From NCBI GenBank assembly GCA_047495785.1, contig JBLDXI010000007.1, positions 3,534,001 through 3,598,000 on the forward strand: DNA of 64,000 bases, read 5' to 3'. Of this stretch, positions 11,684-24,850 are shown piece after piece; the first letter of the stretch is position 1; every line of letters begins with the position of its first letter. The DNA comes from Lepidodermella squamata. Taxonomy: Eukaryota; Animalia; Gastrotricha. A program made the translations under genes and the position numbers. Under the pieces are notes generated by a model. That model made no database searches and was not told the DNA's origin. It saw only the letters and a list, made by a program, of their open reading frames with translations.

Positions 11684-13349
11684 TTATAACCACGGGCATT
11701 ACATAATGAAAAATTTCTACTTATGGAAACTGTCGAGCAGTAGCGCGACTTCGACCTCAACGCCTACGCCTTCAACGACAACTCAATCTTCTTCAAGTTC
11801 CACCACGACGATACCAACTTCATCAATCACAACAACGACGACTGCTTCAACCTCAAGTACAACGAAAAGATCAACAACGCCTTCGACAACTTCGACATCA
11901 CTATCTACTACTTCTACTACGACAGCTCCAACATCGACAACTTCAACGACGTCGAAAAGCTCAGCTGGAATATCACCTCTTGGAACATCACCAGCAGGCA
12001 CTTCAAGTACATCACTACAATCAACAGTAGCAACGAGCTTATCGACTAATGCTCCTTCAACGTCAGCTTCTGCGGTGGAAAAATTACCTACATCAACAAT
12101 AGCACTCTCAACATCGAGGATCGCAACCCCCTCATCGTCACTATCGATCACAACAGCTCCAACAGAGGAAAGAACATACAATTTCGCGTCAAATAGCACA
12201 AGCTTCCCGATCCCCGATCTCATCGAGGGCAATTACATCCCCTTAATTGCTGTCTCAGACCTAATGCCTTGTATGTACATTAACCCAAATATCAGGTTAG
12301 TACGTTCATCTAATGCAGAAAACGCGTATATCAATTGTTTTAGATCTCCCTATCCTGGAACAAAAATCTATGTGACGCTCGAATTTTATCGTCTAATCGA
12401 TATAAACGCAAAAGCCAGGGAGATATCTGTGGGCGGAAGCTTAACCATACAATGGGCGGTGAAAAATTGTCCCCAAGAAGTAACAGCCCCGAATGTCGAT
12501 GAAGCTGAACGTGTGTATACAATCGATAGGGCTCAGGTTTGGGTGCCCTATCTTCGATTCGCAAACACTTCAACCGACATCTATCTGCAAGAAAACTTTC
12601 GGGAGCAAGTTCAAATCGTCTACTACCCAACTTCGCCGAATAGAACGCTGTTTTTCCACTGGCTGAGGTTTGGCATCCTAACAGCTCAGTGTCAATTGAA
12701 ATTGAGAAAATTCCCATTTGACTCGCAGCGATGTGATTTCACGTTTGTTTTCGAGGAGTCAACTCGATTTCTTGAAGTTGCGGGTTCCGTACTTGAATTT
12801 GGCGAGTCATTCGAAAGCGAGATGTGGCGGCTCGATTCTACAGCATCGAAATTTGGTGTAACAAAATCGCTGCTTCGTAAGAATCAAACGTCGAGCTTTT
12901 TTCGATTCACAGTTGATTTTTCACGAAAGCCGACGCCATATTTGATCAACTTACTGGGTCCAGGTCTTCTCCTTGGAATGTTAACTTTTGCTTCACTGAT
13001 TTTCCAGCCTGATAATTCTGATCGAGCATCTTTCTCTGTTTGCTTGCTGTTGAGTATGATTGTTCTTCAATCAGGCGTTATGAATCAAATTCCCGAGACG
13101 TCGGAGCGTGTTTTGCTTGCTGAGTATATCTTAGTGCTGTGTGGGTTGTCCGGGATGATAACTTTGTATCAGGCCGTCTTAGTTGCTCTGATCTATCATT
13201 ACCCTGAAGCTATGTGCCAGAAAATGGAATTGTTATCGAAGAAAACTCGAACGAGCTGCGCTCGAGCCATGGACTTGATGGCCTTCTTTCTAGCCGTTGA
13301 CGTATTTTTAACACTCAATGTTTACGCTGTAGTTGTTGCGTTCGAATAG
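11684..13349 (+). CDS. Family member C: D1 tail + mucin stalk joined directly to a Cys-loop channel (no D2); 5' exons not found
   Basis: Splice acceptor ttttgcag at 11683, then KNFYLWKL (D1 end motif), ~147 aa Thr/Ser, and ERTYNFASNSTSFPIPDLIEG. An in-frame 48-nt intron lies at 12296-12343. Cys-loop CQLKLRKFPFDSQRC and four TM helices follow, with an intact stop. Confidence 0.8.
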
Positions 13350-13779
13350 TTCGCATAACTGAAACTCTTCACCTTGTCTGAGTATGGTAGGTCGTCTAGT
13401 CTGAACAGTTCGATTTTTTATTCATGACGTGCATTATTTGTGGCATTGTCTTGCCACGTATTGTCCTAATTATTTCCCTTTGCCCTCTTATCTCTTCGGC
13501 TTTAAGTTAAAGAGTATTTGGCTTGGAAAACGTTTCAATGTAGTACAATTTTATGGACGCGTCATTTTTCTGCTCTCGTTCTCGCGGTTTGTGTTTTCGG
13601 AGTTCGATGTAATTTATTGCATTAAAACTGCGTTCGCACTAATTATTCTTGAAGGAAGTTCACCGTGAATCCTAAAATGTACCAACCCGAATTTCATAAC
13701 TCCATAGTGGAACTTGTGACTCATTAATCCGTATTAAAATGAAATATGACAAAACTAATAGTGAGTATAAAGTATGACT

Positions 13780-14015
13780 AAGCTGATTCCAGATTCCATT
13801 ATACAGCTTAGTCAATTCTTATGGCCGTTTATTTTTATTTGCAATTTCCATCCTTTCTGGCCTCACTGGAATGATCGCAGTCTGTGAAGCTGCAATGTTT
13901 GCTGCTACATCGAAATCTCCGTATTATATTACAGAGAAAGGTCGTGTCATTAAGCGCTACGAAGGTCAGCTATGCTCGAGCGATGGACCTTGCAGCCTTC
14001 TCCATCTACTTTGAG
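13780..14015 (+). pseudogene. Remnant of channel M3-M4 region
   Basis: ILMAVY...ILSGLTGMIAVCEAAMFAAT and KVSYARAMDLAAFSIYF lie in shifted frames and match member G (ILSGLTGLMTLYEAIMFAAS; CYARAIDMAAFFIYF). Confidence 0.8.
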
Positions 14016-14603
14016 TGGCAAACAATATTTAATACTTACAGGCTAAATTGGATTTATACCCGAAAGCCGTTACTATAAGAATGTACTACGAGTGCAAGGC
14101 ATTTCATGATCTCCTGCGTTATCACTTGTATGATTTGCCTTTGATGTGTCCGGACCAAATCGAGTGATAAAAGTTACTGCTGACTTACTGGCTTTTGAGA
14201 AGAGTAATGATAAGGATGCTCCACATGTTCCTGCAGATCAAGGTTTGATAACCGATCGTATCACGCTGCGCTTGAAAATTTTATCATTCATTAATGACAA
14301 ATCGGAACTTGTTGCCGGTTGCTCGACACACTCGAAAAGGCAAGCGATCTCTAGGGGCTCGACCCTTTACTGCGAAAGTACAGGGAGTGTTAGAATATTA
14401 TCAATTGAATAAAATGGACTTCCACAAAATCATCATTATACATTCAGCAGACGCAAGGAGCGCTAAGTGTGCCGCCACTAGAATAACTGCCGATTTGACG
14501 TAAGTATAGTCCATAACGTCATATATTGCAAGGCCGACGTCAGTGTTGGGCGAAATTTATCTAGGTCGGACGAACTACAAAACAGCACACTTGAAGCTAT
14601 AAC

Positions 14604-17076
14604 ATGATTTTCTACTTGCCTTTCTTGGTCCTAACCTCCTGGCATCTAAGTAATTGTACACTTATAAATGTGTAACAACTTCTAATCATCTGCCTGTTGT
14701 CATTTTAGGTTTGGCGCTGGATCCTGATCCGGACATCGAATCTCTGTCATTGCCCTACCTGTGGGAAGGGTCTCCCGTGTACGACCCAACAAATTCTTTC
14801 GACGCCGTCAATGCTTCGATTTCGCAGTCTTACGCGTTCAATACGTGGGTCATTGCTCGGAATACAAGTTTGGGCTTCCAAATGAATGACAACAGCATCA
14901 GCACAACTGGCCGTATCACCAATGCTAACGTATTCTGGAAATTATGCTTGATTTTTTGAAACTAATCAAGCTTTTCAAGGTTGTTCCCAGTGGGAGTAAC
15001 AGCTTACGGATGGAAATCGACTTGATGGTGACGTATCCAATTATTGCAACAGTCAATGGATGGTTTGGCATATCATTTTCGACGACTCTTGTTTTGCATA
15101 GATTTTACGTAAATCGAAATTGTCAATATTGAAAAATTATCCTAACAGCACGCACTTCGAGCCCGACGTATTGCTATACAATGATGACCAATATGGCTGG
15201 CCCTTCTATCTGGCTGGAGATTAAAACAGGCGGAAGGCTGCACGTTACTATGGGTACCAACAGCTCAATCCCGCTGTATCCCACCATCGCGACTTCTTCC
15301 CCATCCTGTGGCAGCAGCTTCGTACTCAAATCATCTGGAACTAGCAACCTGCGCCTGATCGTACAATTTTACGGCGATACAGTCGAGGTGCGGCCTTTGA
15401 AAACATTAACAATCAAATTAACAGGGAATCAATTTTCTTAAGGCTGCAGTTGCCGCTCTCAGTGAAACGAACGCCTCCGTGAGCTCAATTTGTTTCACTG
15501 GCATGGCGGCTACGGGATTCGGGGCTTTGCTCAATAGCGGGAAAGTGAAGGCTCGAATTTCCGCGGAATGTGGCGAAACAGGTTAGTTCCTACATGTAAC
15601 CAATAAGACAAGACATCTTATGAATGGGGAGAAGTTACGTATAAAACATTTCGATGCTTCTTGTAGAAGTTAAAGATAAACCAGAAGTTCATTGATAATA
15701 CCTGAACCAGGCTAAAGGCTATCAGGGTTGCTGAGAAACTAAGAAATTAACAGAAGACAAAAGTGCGCCAGAAAAAGCCCAGTATTCTCGCAAAAGTTAA
15801 CAAGCCGACCACCTAAGTCCTATTCTCTCTCGTTGCCGTTCAAATGATGATTTTGAAGATCTACATCTTAAACCTCTTCGACAGCTGATTTTTGAAATAT
15901 TTTTTTTCATCGTGTCTCACAGGGTACACTATTATTAGGAAGATGTATTTATGGAGATTGCCCGCAAGTCAATCGACAGCTACATCAACAGCAACTACTA
16001 GTACAGCTTCGGCAGCTACTTCGACCACAATCAGAACAAGTCAAGCCACATCAGTTTCCAGCATGATGACTGAAACGACTGGCACAAGTTCGACAACTGC
16101 TACGAAGTTCACGAGCTCAACAGGTTCTACAAGTGCTACTAGTTCAACTACTGAGTCGAGTTCTACGAGATCAACGGCCGGGGATATTACTTCATCATCT
16201 GAAATGCAACCAACTTCAACATTGTCGTCAACCAGTACAGGCGAAGTTTCATCTGCAACTCCAACGTTGATCGGAACTTCAGGTGTTAACGAGAAGGTAA
16301 TAACCACATCTCCAGGTTTGTCCTTTTCTCGTATAATGTTGATATATTTTAGCGTTCTTATTCTGTCTTCAGTTGACTTCAACAGCTCTCTGGACATATA
16401 TTTCGTAATTGATAGCTCAAGATCGATACCCATGACACGCTTGCCGCGTTTGAAAGCGCTATTATTCATGTTGACGCGGGAACTCATGCTTGCTTCATCA
16501 GTTCGAGTGAGTTCTGTTTGCTCTTTCAATATTTGAATAAACCTATTATAATTCTTTGCCCGGTAGCTTGGAGTCATCCTATTCGGAGGCCGAACAGCTG
16601 GACAAACAATTTTAAAGCTTTCAGAGAGTCTGTATCGATTTCATGCAGTAGAAGCTATTGAATCTTTCTACAACACAACCGTTTACTTTGAAGGCCAGGG
16701 TGATGTTTTAAACCCTCTCAGCCGGCTGATAGACCCGAATGCATTCTCGTCGAGAGGTAAAAATAATTGCATGTTTTAGGAGCTACATTGATGATGAGCC
16801 TTTCTTATAGATGGATCCCGGCCGAATGCGATTCAAGTCGTGGTGATTTTTTCAGCATCCTCCTCCTGTGACGTCGCAGCTCTGGAGCAACAAATCGGTT
16901 TATTGAAATCAGTTGGCAGACGAGTTATTTTGATAGGCCTGCCATCAAATAGACGGCGTTGGAAGCAGTTATCCAGATTTAATGCCAATGGATTTCCAGT
17001 GTTGAAGGTTGATTCTTGGCTAGATCTGCAATCCTATTTCACGCCAATTTTTCAAGAATTGCACATGATTTCATGA
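14604..17076 (+). CDS. Family member D: signal + D1 + mucin stalk + von Willebrand factor A domain; no channel (predicted secreted)
   Basis: MIFYLPFLVLTSWHL, intron, LALDPDPDIESLSLPYLWEGSPVYDPTNSFD. Stalk ~15960-16310. VWA beta1/MIDAS LDIYFVIDSSRSI (DxSxS), then LGVILFG and RPNAIQVVVIFS. Stop at 17076 with no TM helix. Confidence 0.75.
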
Positions 17077-17529
17077 GTATGAAAGAACCCTAGCTACAAG
17101 CATTTTCACTTACTACAGCTCTCACCGTGTCATTGCTCCTTCAATTTAAGAAATCATCCGAATGCTTTCATAAAAAATCGAGCTTTGGATATAGCTTCGG
17201 AAAGTTTGTCTATCGTGTTGGTTCCCACATCCCATTTTTCAAGCACCCTGGATTCAGCATCAGATGCTCTCAACATTGAATTCTCATGTTCTGAACCTCT
17301 CCCTTAACAGTCCCTGAAAATCTCCCTCTAATATATTATCATTCTGGAGATATGTTCTTCATACCTAGGAACTTAGGTATTCAATGTAGGTATTCATGTC
17401 ACTCAGGGTATGTTAGCAAGGGAATCCTCACTTCATCAAGTTTGGAGCCTTGAATTCAGTCGAATTCACTTGCTACGAAGTCATACGTCTTCGGCGCTAA
17501 TGGAGAGGCTGCAGTGCCCAAACGCACGT

Positions 17530-18159
17530 GCTTTGTACAGTGACGTCAATATTGTAGCCATTAACACCGCAAGCTTGAATCGTCGCATGAATCGTCGCAC
17601 TTGCTAGCTGGCTCTCAGCCAAAACAGGTACGTCGACACTTGAAAGCAGGCGAGCAGTCGTTGTTTCGTTGAATCCAGGCAGATGTGTGACTGCAGCCTA
17701 GTGCGTGAAAATCGTTAGCGATGTACAAGCTAAAAGCCCGGGAAAAGCACTTACTGAAGCTTTGTCATTGGCAACTACCTCAATTAATACTCTTAAATTA
17801 GACACGACAACACCACTCGATTAGGTATTCGGTATTCCTTTGATTTCTGTAATAGAAATATTCGAAATGACGTTCGAATTTTTGCTATATAGGCGAAAGG
17901 TGGATCTCAGGCTGTCGCCGCGATTTTAGCATCATATAAGATATGAATGAAGAGCGCTGCAGTTTTTGAACAAGCTTTTCCTCGCATATCCTTCAACATC
18001 TGTTGTTGTGATCTTAGCAAAGGTCCATTGGTAGTTCTGTGAAAGCAGTGCGCAGGAAGCTACCTTGGGCGAAGCTGTTGTAGCTTCGAATAGTCCCAGA
18101 AGGACCGTTATCAGAAGTCTCGATAGTATGCAAGCAAAAGCCGGATTGCATTTTGCCAT
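17530..18159 (-). pseudogene. Internally deleted pseudogene copy of member F
   Basis: MAKCNPAFACILSRLLITVLLGLFEATTASPKVAS (compare F: MANCDRVFTCLLSGLLITALLRLLEATIPTPDVAS) is joined to YARKSLFKN (F D2: YGRKSLFNN). Nucleotides 17600-17930 align with F 38570-38900, including introns. Stops are present and the channel exon is absent. Confidence 0.8.
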
Positions 18160-18762
18160 GTTTTTTCAAAAAAGTAAAACACGCAGTTGATTTTGGCTTT
18201 GCTTCTATCTTCCCATAAGTATTCTGCGTGGGTTGGCTAATGGATCTAAAAATTACGCGCCCGTAAAAAAACGTTCATCAACTGTTGTTCTTTCTCGTCC
18301 GCGTCATACCGTTGCCTTTGTCCTTATGTTCCATAACCTGGAGACTAATCCATAATACATAGATTGTATGTACTCGACAGTAACCCCTTTTCAGCGTAAG
18401 GGAAAACAAATCGCAGGAACATGTTATATATTTTCTCATTTATCGAAATTAACATTATTTGAACCATAACGAGGCACGACTACACAACATGAACGATGAA
18501 CATAAACGCGGCATTTGCTATGATCTGAACGAAAAGGGAACAAATATATCCAAAATCGGAATGCAATTATTCGATGGAGCTTTTAACGGGAAGGTCAAAG
18601 ATCAAAGTCTCGATTTAAAATAACAAAACCTAACAAGGCCTGATATCGGGTTATCCAAAGATACCGAATTCCTGTGGTTATTACGTCAGCTCTTCTACTT
18701 TTCCAGGCCAATATAATCGTCAAGCATCATCAACTTCATCACCGCATGTCAAACATACACTT

Positions 18763-21700
18763 CTAAAAGACCACCAGCGATGCATAGATGTTTAGTACCA
18801 GGAAAGCATCGATGCTAATGCAGAATATTGAAACATCCATAGCTCGAGCATAGCTGATTCGCGCCTTGAAGAAAGCGAATCTTCCGTCATTATCTAGAAG
18901 GTAAGTGTATCTGCATGTAGCTGTGAACATTATTGCAGCGTATAGGGTAATCATCGAACACAGCCCGCAAAGAATCAGAATATACTCAGCCATGAGAACA
19001 GATTCCGAGGTTTCGGGAATCTTATCTAAAACTTGGGATTGGATTACAATCATGCTGAGAAGGAGGGTCCCAGAGAATGCCGGACGGTCTGGGCAGTCGG
19101 GATCAAAAAGCAGTGACCCGAAGACCAGGGTCAGTATAATGGCACACGGTGCCATGTTGTTGATGAGGTACGGCGCTGGCTCACGGGAGAAGCCAACAGT
19201 GAAAATGGCATAGCCAGCCGTTCCATTCTTTCGCAACGGCGACTTGGTAACGCCGTGTTTGTTGGACGCAGCATCGAATTTCCATAGTTCGCTATCGAAC
19301 GAGCCATCGAAGGCGAATCGCGAGCCGCCAAAGAACAGAAATTTATCAGCCTCGTCGAGCAGAAACGTGAAATCACATCGCTGCGTGTCGAACGGGAATT
19401 TTCTCAGCTTCAATATGCATTTCGATGTCATCATGCCGAGTCGTATCCAATGAAAAAACAGCGTGCGATTCGGGCTCGTTGGGTAGTAAGCTACCTGGAC
19501 TTGTTCCTTCCAGAACATTCCATTCTCCATGTACAGGTCGGATGTTGTGTTGGCGAATCGGATGCTCGGAACCCATACATCACTGCGCTTGACTGTGTAA
19601 ACACGATCGACTTCGTTGACATTGGGCGCCGTCACTTCTTTCGGACAGCCAGTGACCGCCCATTGTACAAGCAGTTGCGTCCCAGCAGCTATCTCACGAG
19701 CATTAGCATCAATGTCGAACAATTCTTTGAACTCCAAGGTAATGAAAATCTGAGTCCCAACGGCCGGAGATCTGGAAGAGACAAATTTACAGAAAAATCT
19801 GTATCGAAGCAAATTGCTATTACTTGACTCGGGAATTGATAAATTTGCAAGTTGTTAGGTCGCCCATTTTTATTAGCGGAACGAGATTACCGTCAATCAA
19901 GTTTGGAATATTGAAACTTGAAGTATTTGAGCTGAAATCGTAAGTTCTTGCAGGAACTGTGGTTGGCAGAGCTGTAGTTGAAAGCGAGGATTTCAGTTCC
20001 CAGATCTTAAGGCTTCGAACTGTTACATCAGCGCTGGATCCGTTTATTCCGTACAGTTGTATCTTTGCCATACCACTCGCTAGTTGATTCGCGCTGAAAC
20101 CAGGTACACTGACATCGCTGAGTAGAATCGTGCTCGTGGCATTGTTACCAATAGGGGCGATGGCGACGGTGATTTTGTCGCTCAAACTCTGAATTACCAG
20201 TTTGAAATTAGCTACTCTCGATCCATCGAATATGTTTAGAATTGGGCTAATAGAATTAACAAAATAATTCAGAGGGACTGTTTCGCTCGTGCTTGTCGGA
20301 ACTGCTTCATAAGATAGGTAAGCACTGCCGCCTTGACCGAGCTGAAGACATATATGAGCGCCGTCGACATTGCTGAAACTACCCATGTGCCCACTGGAAT
20401 CATTAGCTTGAAAAGAACAAGAGCTACAGAATGATGATGATGATGATAGCTCTGATTTTGTTACCTACCTACAGATGCGGGTTGACTGGTCATTCCTATC
20501 ACGAAATAACCTGAGGAATCTGGCTTGTAATCTGAAGTAACTTCCATCTCGATTCGAAAGCCGTCGGAACTGAGACTTGAAGGCAGGTTTGCGCCGACAG
20601 TGGCTGATCCGTAATCGATCGATGGATAATCGTCCAGTTTTAACCCGGTCGCGTCTAAAACAGCGCCACCCTGTAGAGAAACATATCCGCCCTCCGAGCT
20701 GAATGAGTTATTCGGTAGATAAGCAGGGATACCAGAGTGCATGTAAGGTAGCGCAAGTAAATTAAAATCAGGCTGAAGTGATGAGCTGCTCTGCTGTTGG
20801 GTAGTTGATGCTTGTCGTGACGTTGTAGTTGGATTCAGGGTTGTCGAGATTGATGATGCAGCGATACTTTTTCCTTGAGATGACAGCGGAGCTGTCGAAG
20901 GCGTAATAGTAGTGCTCGAACTTAGAGCGACCGAAGTTGTTGTTGTGGTGGTTAACATTGAAGTTGCTGACGATGTTATTGCCGGGCTAGAGCTCGTCGA
21001 AGTTGGGGTAGTCGATGATGCAGTTGTTGAACTCGATGGAGCGGTCGCTGTCGTAGTCATACTAGTGGTTGCCGTCGATGTTGCTGGTGTCGTTGTTGGA
21101 GTTATTAACGGAATCGTAGTAGTTGAGGTCAATGCAGGAGTTGTAGTCGTGGTAGTAGTCGATGTTAATGGAATTGTTGTCGTTGCGCTTGGACTTGGTG
21201 TGGCCGAAGTTGCTGTTGTCGGGGTCGACGTTACAGTTGTGGACGATGTTGTTGCCGTGCTGGAGCTTGTCGAAGTTGGCGTAGTTGATTTTGTAGTAGT
21301 TGAAGTCGATGGAGCGGTCGTAGTCGTGCTAGATGTCGATGTTGATTGAGTTGTTGTCGTTGTACTTGTACTTGAGCTGAAAAAAAAGAAATTCAAGCTT
21401 CCAAGACAAGAGCAAAAATATCCTATAGAGAAGCAATGGAATTTTATCACCGCCATGCTATACGTGATTTTAGTTCGGCATCAATTTTTCCGTCATCTGT
21501 TATTATGCTGCCTAAATACTTGAAGGAAGAAACTTTTCTAACTTTTGTCCAATCAGTCGCAGTTCATAATTTTTTGTTTCTTCTTCCTTCCCGCCTATGA
21601 TTATGTACTGAGTTTTTTCCACGTTGATTCGTAAAATATGGTAATATTTATTCGATAAAAACCCACAATTGGCCATCATAAAAATATTGACTGACCTCGT

Positions 21701-22948
21701 CGATGAAGCTCCATTTAAGCATGATCCTGGAGGTGGAAAAGTCGGTACAGTGGTCGTTCCCGATGTGAGGCCAAAAAAGATAACCCTTCGCACCAGAACA
21801 TCTCCAATGCCCCCTAGTGATCCCATTATACTAAGCAAGGCAGTGGGCGATCCCATCACAGCCGTGCCCATCGACGGGACAGGTAGGTCAATGAAACAGC
21901 TGCAAGTTTCCATGGTTCCATTAGCGGATAGTGGCGAAACAGCGACACTAGCAAGGTCATTTGCGACTTGAATGAAAAGCCGAAACTTGCTCGAGCCTGA
22001 GCCGTCTAAGAAACGAGAGCTGCCACACGCAGGGATCGATGTGGCATTCGGAGGATTGCCCGGAATCGGTTGGTATGTCGAATTTCTCGTCTGGTATGTA
22101 GAATACGCTAACCCAGATGGTTGCACCTGAAAGGCTGTGAAAAGGCCTCTCGGCATTTTAAATAGGTCAATGTTCGTCGCTGCGGCCGATCTCTCTAGAA
22201 ATAGGGTGAATAGAAGAATGAATCACTGTATTTTCATGAAACACTTACTATAAGATCCGATATCTTCCGCGATGTTCACAGTGAACCAGGCCATCGAGTT
22301 GTTTGTCGGATACGTAATTTCCGCGTCGATTTCAAGTCGAAAGTTGGCAGGTGAACATATTGTGAGCCCCTTTGAACATCTCGGATTTAGGCATGTTTAC
22401 ATCAGTTACAAGGTCAAGGGTGACGAATAAAAAGCGGCTTTTTATAACGTGAATGGCAGAAACAAACTACTTTTTACCTGTCACCTTTCATCTCGAATTG
22501 ATGTACACAAGCCTAAAATCCGACTTATTAAAACGACATGTAACCCTGATGAAGAAAGGGACCTAGCTACTTAATCAACAGCCGAAAACGTACCCCCGGA
22601 GAGTTGATGTGACCGTGAACAATTTGGGGCGATATTTGCGCCAGTTGGTACCCTGAGCCTGGGATTTCAACCACCGCACTGCTCGTGGAGAAGCCGCCGG
22701 AGGTGAATTGGTTCGATCCATTGTAGTAATCAAAAGAATTGTCGCTATCGAAACACGCGGCACCCTGAAAGCCGTACGGTAGCGGGTAAGAAGCTTCGTC
22801 TGGGGTCGGGTCACCAGCAAGTACTGCGGAAGAAATAGTAATACAACATAGTTGGACAAAACTGAAACATTTATACGCCAAACCTAAAGATACCCAGATT
22901 CTTCTTACCTATTTTGCAGATAAAAAATATATTCAGCAACCGTAACAT
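18763..22948 (-). CDS. Family member E: signal + D1 + mucin stalk (~200 aa) + D2 + Cys-loop channel
   Basis: MLRLLNIFFICKI, intron, VLAGDPTPDEASYPLPYGFQG. Stalk ~20775-21378. D2 starts QPDFNLLALPYMHSGIPAY. Cys-loop CILKLRKFPFDTQRC; M2 PDRPAFSGTLLLSMIV. Confidence 0.9.
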
Positions 22949-23829
22949 GTTGGAGATACGAAATTCGAAGCTTTTCGAATCGAAAATTAAAACGTCAACC
23001 ATTTGCTGGTCTGAAAAGCTAGATGGCATGCGATGTCACGGTCCGCTAGTCCGATTTGTCGTATTGACGAGAAAATAATGTTTTATTAACGAATTACGAT
23101 GTTAAGCTCGCGCATAAGTGGTAAAAACACATTAGTTTCCTTGGATAAATTATATTTAGAATTTAGAGCCTTTCCAGGGCATCCCCTACTTTCTTGTTTT
23201 TGCGTTATACTTCCTGGTCCCGCCCTAGCACTTGTTCCACGATCAGTGCATTTTTTCAAAGGACAAAAACATGCGGAAACGTGGAACTTGGATGTTTAGG
23301 TTCTACAGTTAATAATGAGTGCTCTGAGGTAAAAAATGATGCAGAATTCAACTAATCTATTGTCAAACGAATATAATTGACGGCTGGGTTGTTAATTGAC
23401 CAAGTGACCCAGCCGCCCATTTAAATTTCAAACGGGTCACTGAATTGAATAAGATTACGATATTATTTGTTTTAACTGGAAGCGCAACGTAACAATAAAA
23501 GTGTAATTTTATTCCAGATTTATGAAAACTCGCTGTTAGGTTCCTCAGCTCGAAATTGTGAGGGCCTCGTCACTCTTGGTTTGAAAAAAGCTAGGTGCCC
23601 TGCTTCTTGCAGAATTTCATCTAAATTTACTCATTTGCTTTATCGCTCGCGCAACTCATTTACCCGTGACTACGGTTTGCTACAAAAAAGGTCCTAACAA
23701 AGTGTCACTTGGTACGTATTCTGCTGGTTCATTTATTACTTACCCGGATTGTTCTTTCGCGTTACTGCTTACTCTGAATTTCTGCTGAATTTCTGCTTCT
23801 AAACTCGCCCACTTATTTAAAAAAAAACA

Positions 23830-24105
23830 ATAAATTCAGCAGCCGTCACTCGTTAGAGATACGAAATTGGAAGCTTTCTGAAATGAAAAACAAAGCGTGG
23901 ATACTGGTCTCAAAAGCCAGATGGCATGCACTGCCATTGCCCGATCATCTGTTTCTTCCCACCGAATTTTTCGATCGAGAGGGAAGTAATGTTTTATTAA
24001 CGAACCACCATGTTAAGTGGTAAACAGACCATTAGTTTCCTTGGATAGATTATATTTAGAATTTCGAGCATTTCCAGGCCTTGCCCTACTTTCCTGTTTT
24101 GCAGC
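23830..24105 (-). pseudogene. Diverged duplicate of member E first exon and upstream region
   Basis: Colinear similarity to 22925-23205 (e.g. ATTAGTTTCCTTGGATA.ATTATATTTAGAATTT in both); ATG TTA is replaced by GAG TGA. Confidence 0.65.
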
Positions 24106-24850
24106 TTTGCTATTTTATTGAACAATAACAACACGGCTGGGCTGTGTCAAAGTTTCCTAAATCGTCCACCGTGAATGGCGGTGAATGGTTAATGTTTTAG
24201 AAATCTTCGCAATTCTCGTCGCAATCGCAATTATTCGTCATTGAAAGCATTCTCACTTCCTTTCACAATTTCTCATCCAGAAAGTATAATTTGGAAGTTT
24301 TAAATCGATCAACCGTTCAGATCAACGCAACTCTTGCGCATCGCCGTTTTACATAATAAGCTGCTGATTGATAAGTTAGCTGTCTCGTAAAGTGACGAAC
24401 ACGCGGAAGTGGTTGGCCCTTTTCGTACACACTCTTGACAGGAGAGACTTCCTCATCAACTGTGTTGCTAACCAAGATACAAATAACTAATAGCTGCGCA
24501 TCTGAAAGGTGAAAGGTTGAATCCTCTCGCCAAGTCATTGTTCTTTCAATTTGAGAAGTCATCTGAGTTTCCATGTGCGCAGTGAACGTGGCTAAAGATT
24601 CTCTTCGATCAAGATGTCTGAGTTGATTCAGACTGGACGTCACGATCTGCCGACTGAGAACATGAAGAAGAGCTTGAAGAGCATAGGAAAACATAAAACA
24701 TTTACTCAATTTCAAGCAATTTCCAAGTGGTAATTTTGACAAACAAACAACAAATAAACGTCATCATTGTAGGGATACCCGGAAATAATTGTTCGCGGAA
24801 TCAGCGTGTTTTTTAAGGATCGATTTGGTGTTTGAAAAAGCAGTTTTGGA

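Noticed and set aside
24317-24742. 141-aa ORF (and duplicate 35881-36306)
   Set aside because: No ATG start and no recognisable motif; its identity with the second copy is explained by the segmental duplication.
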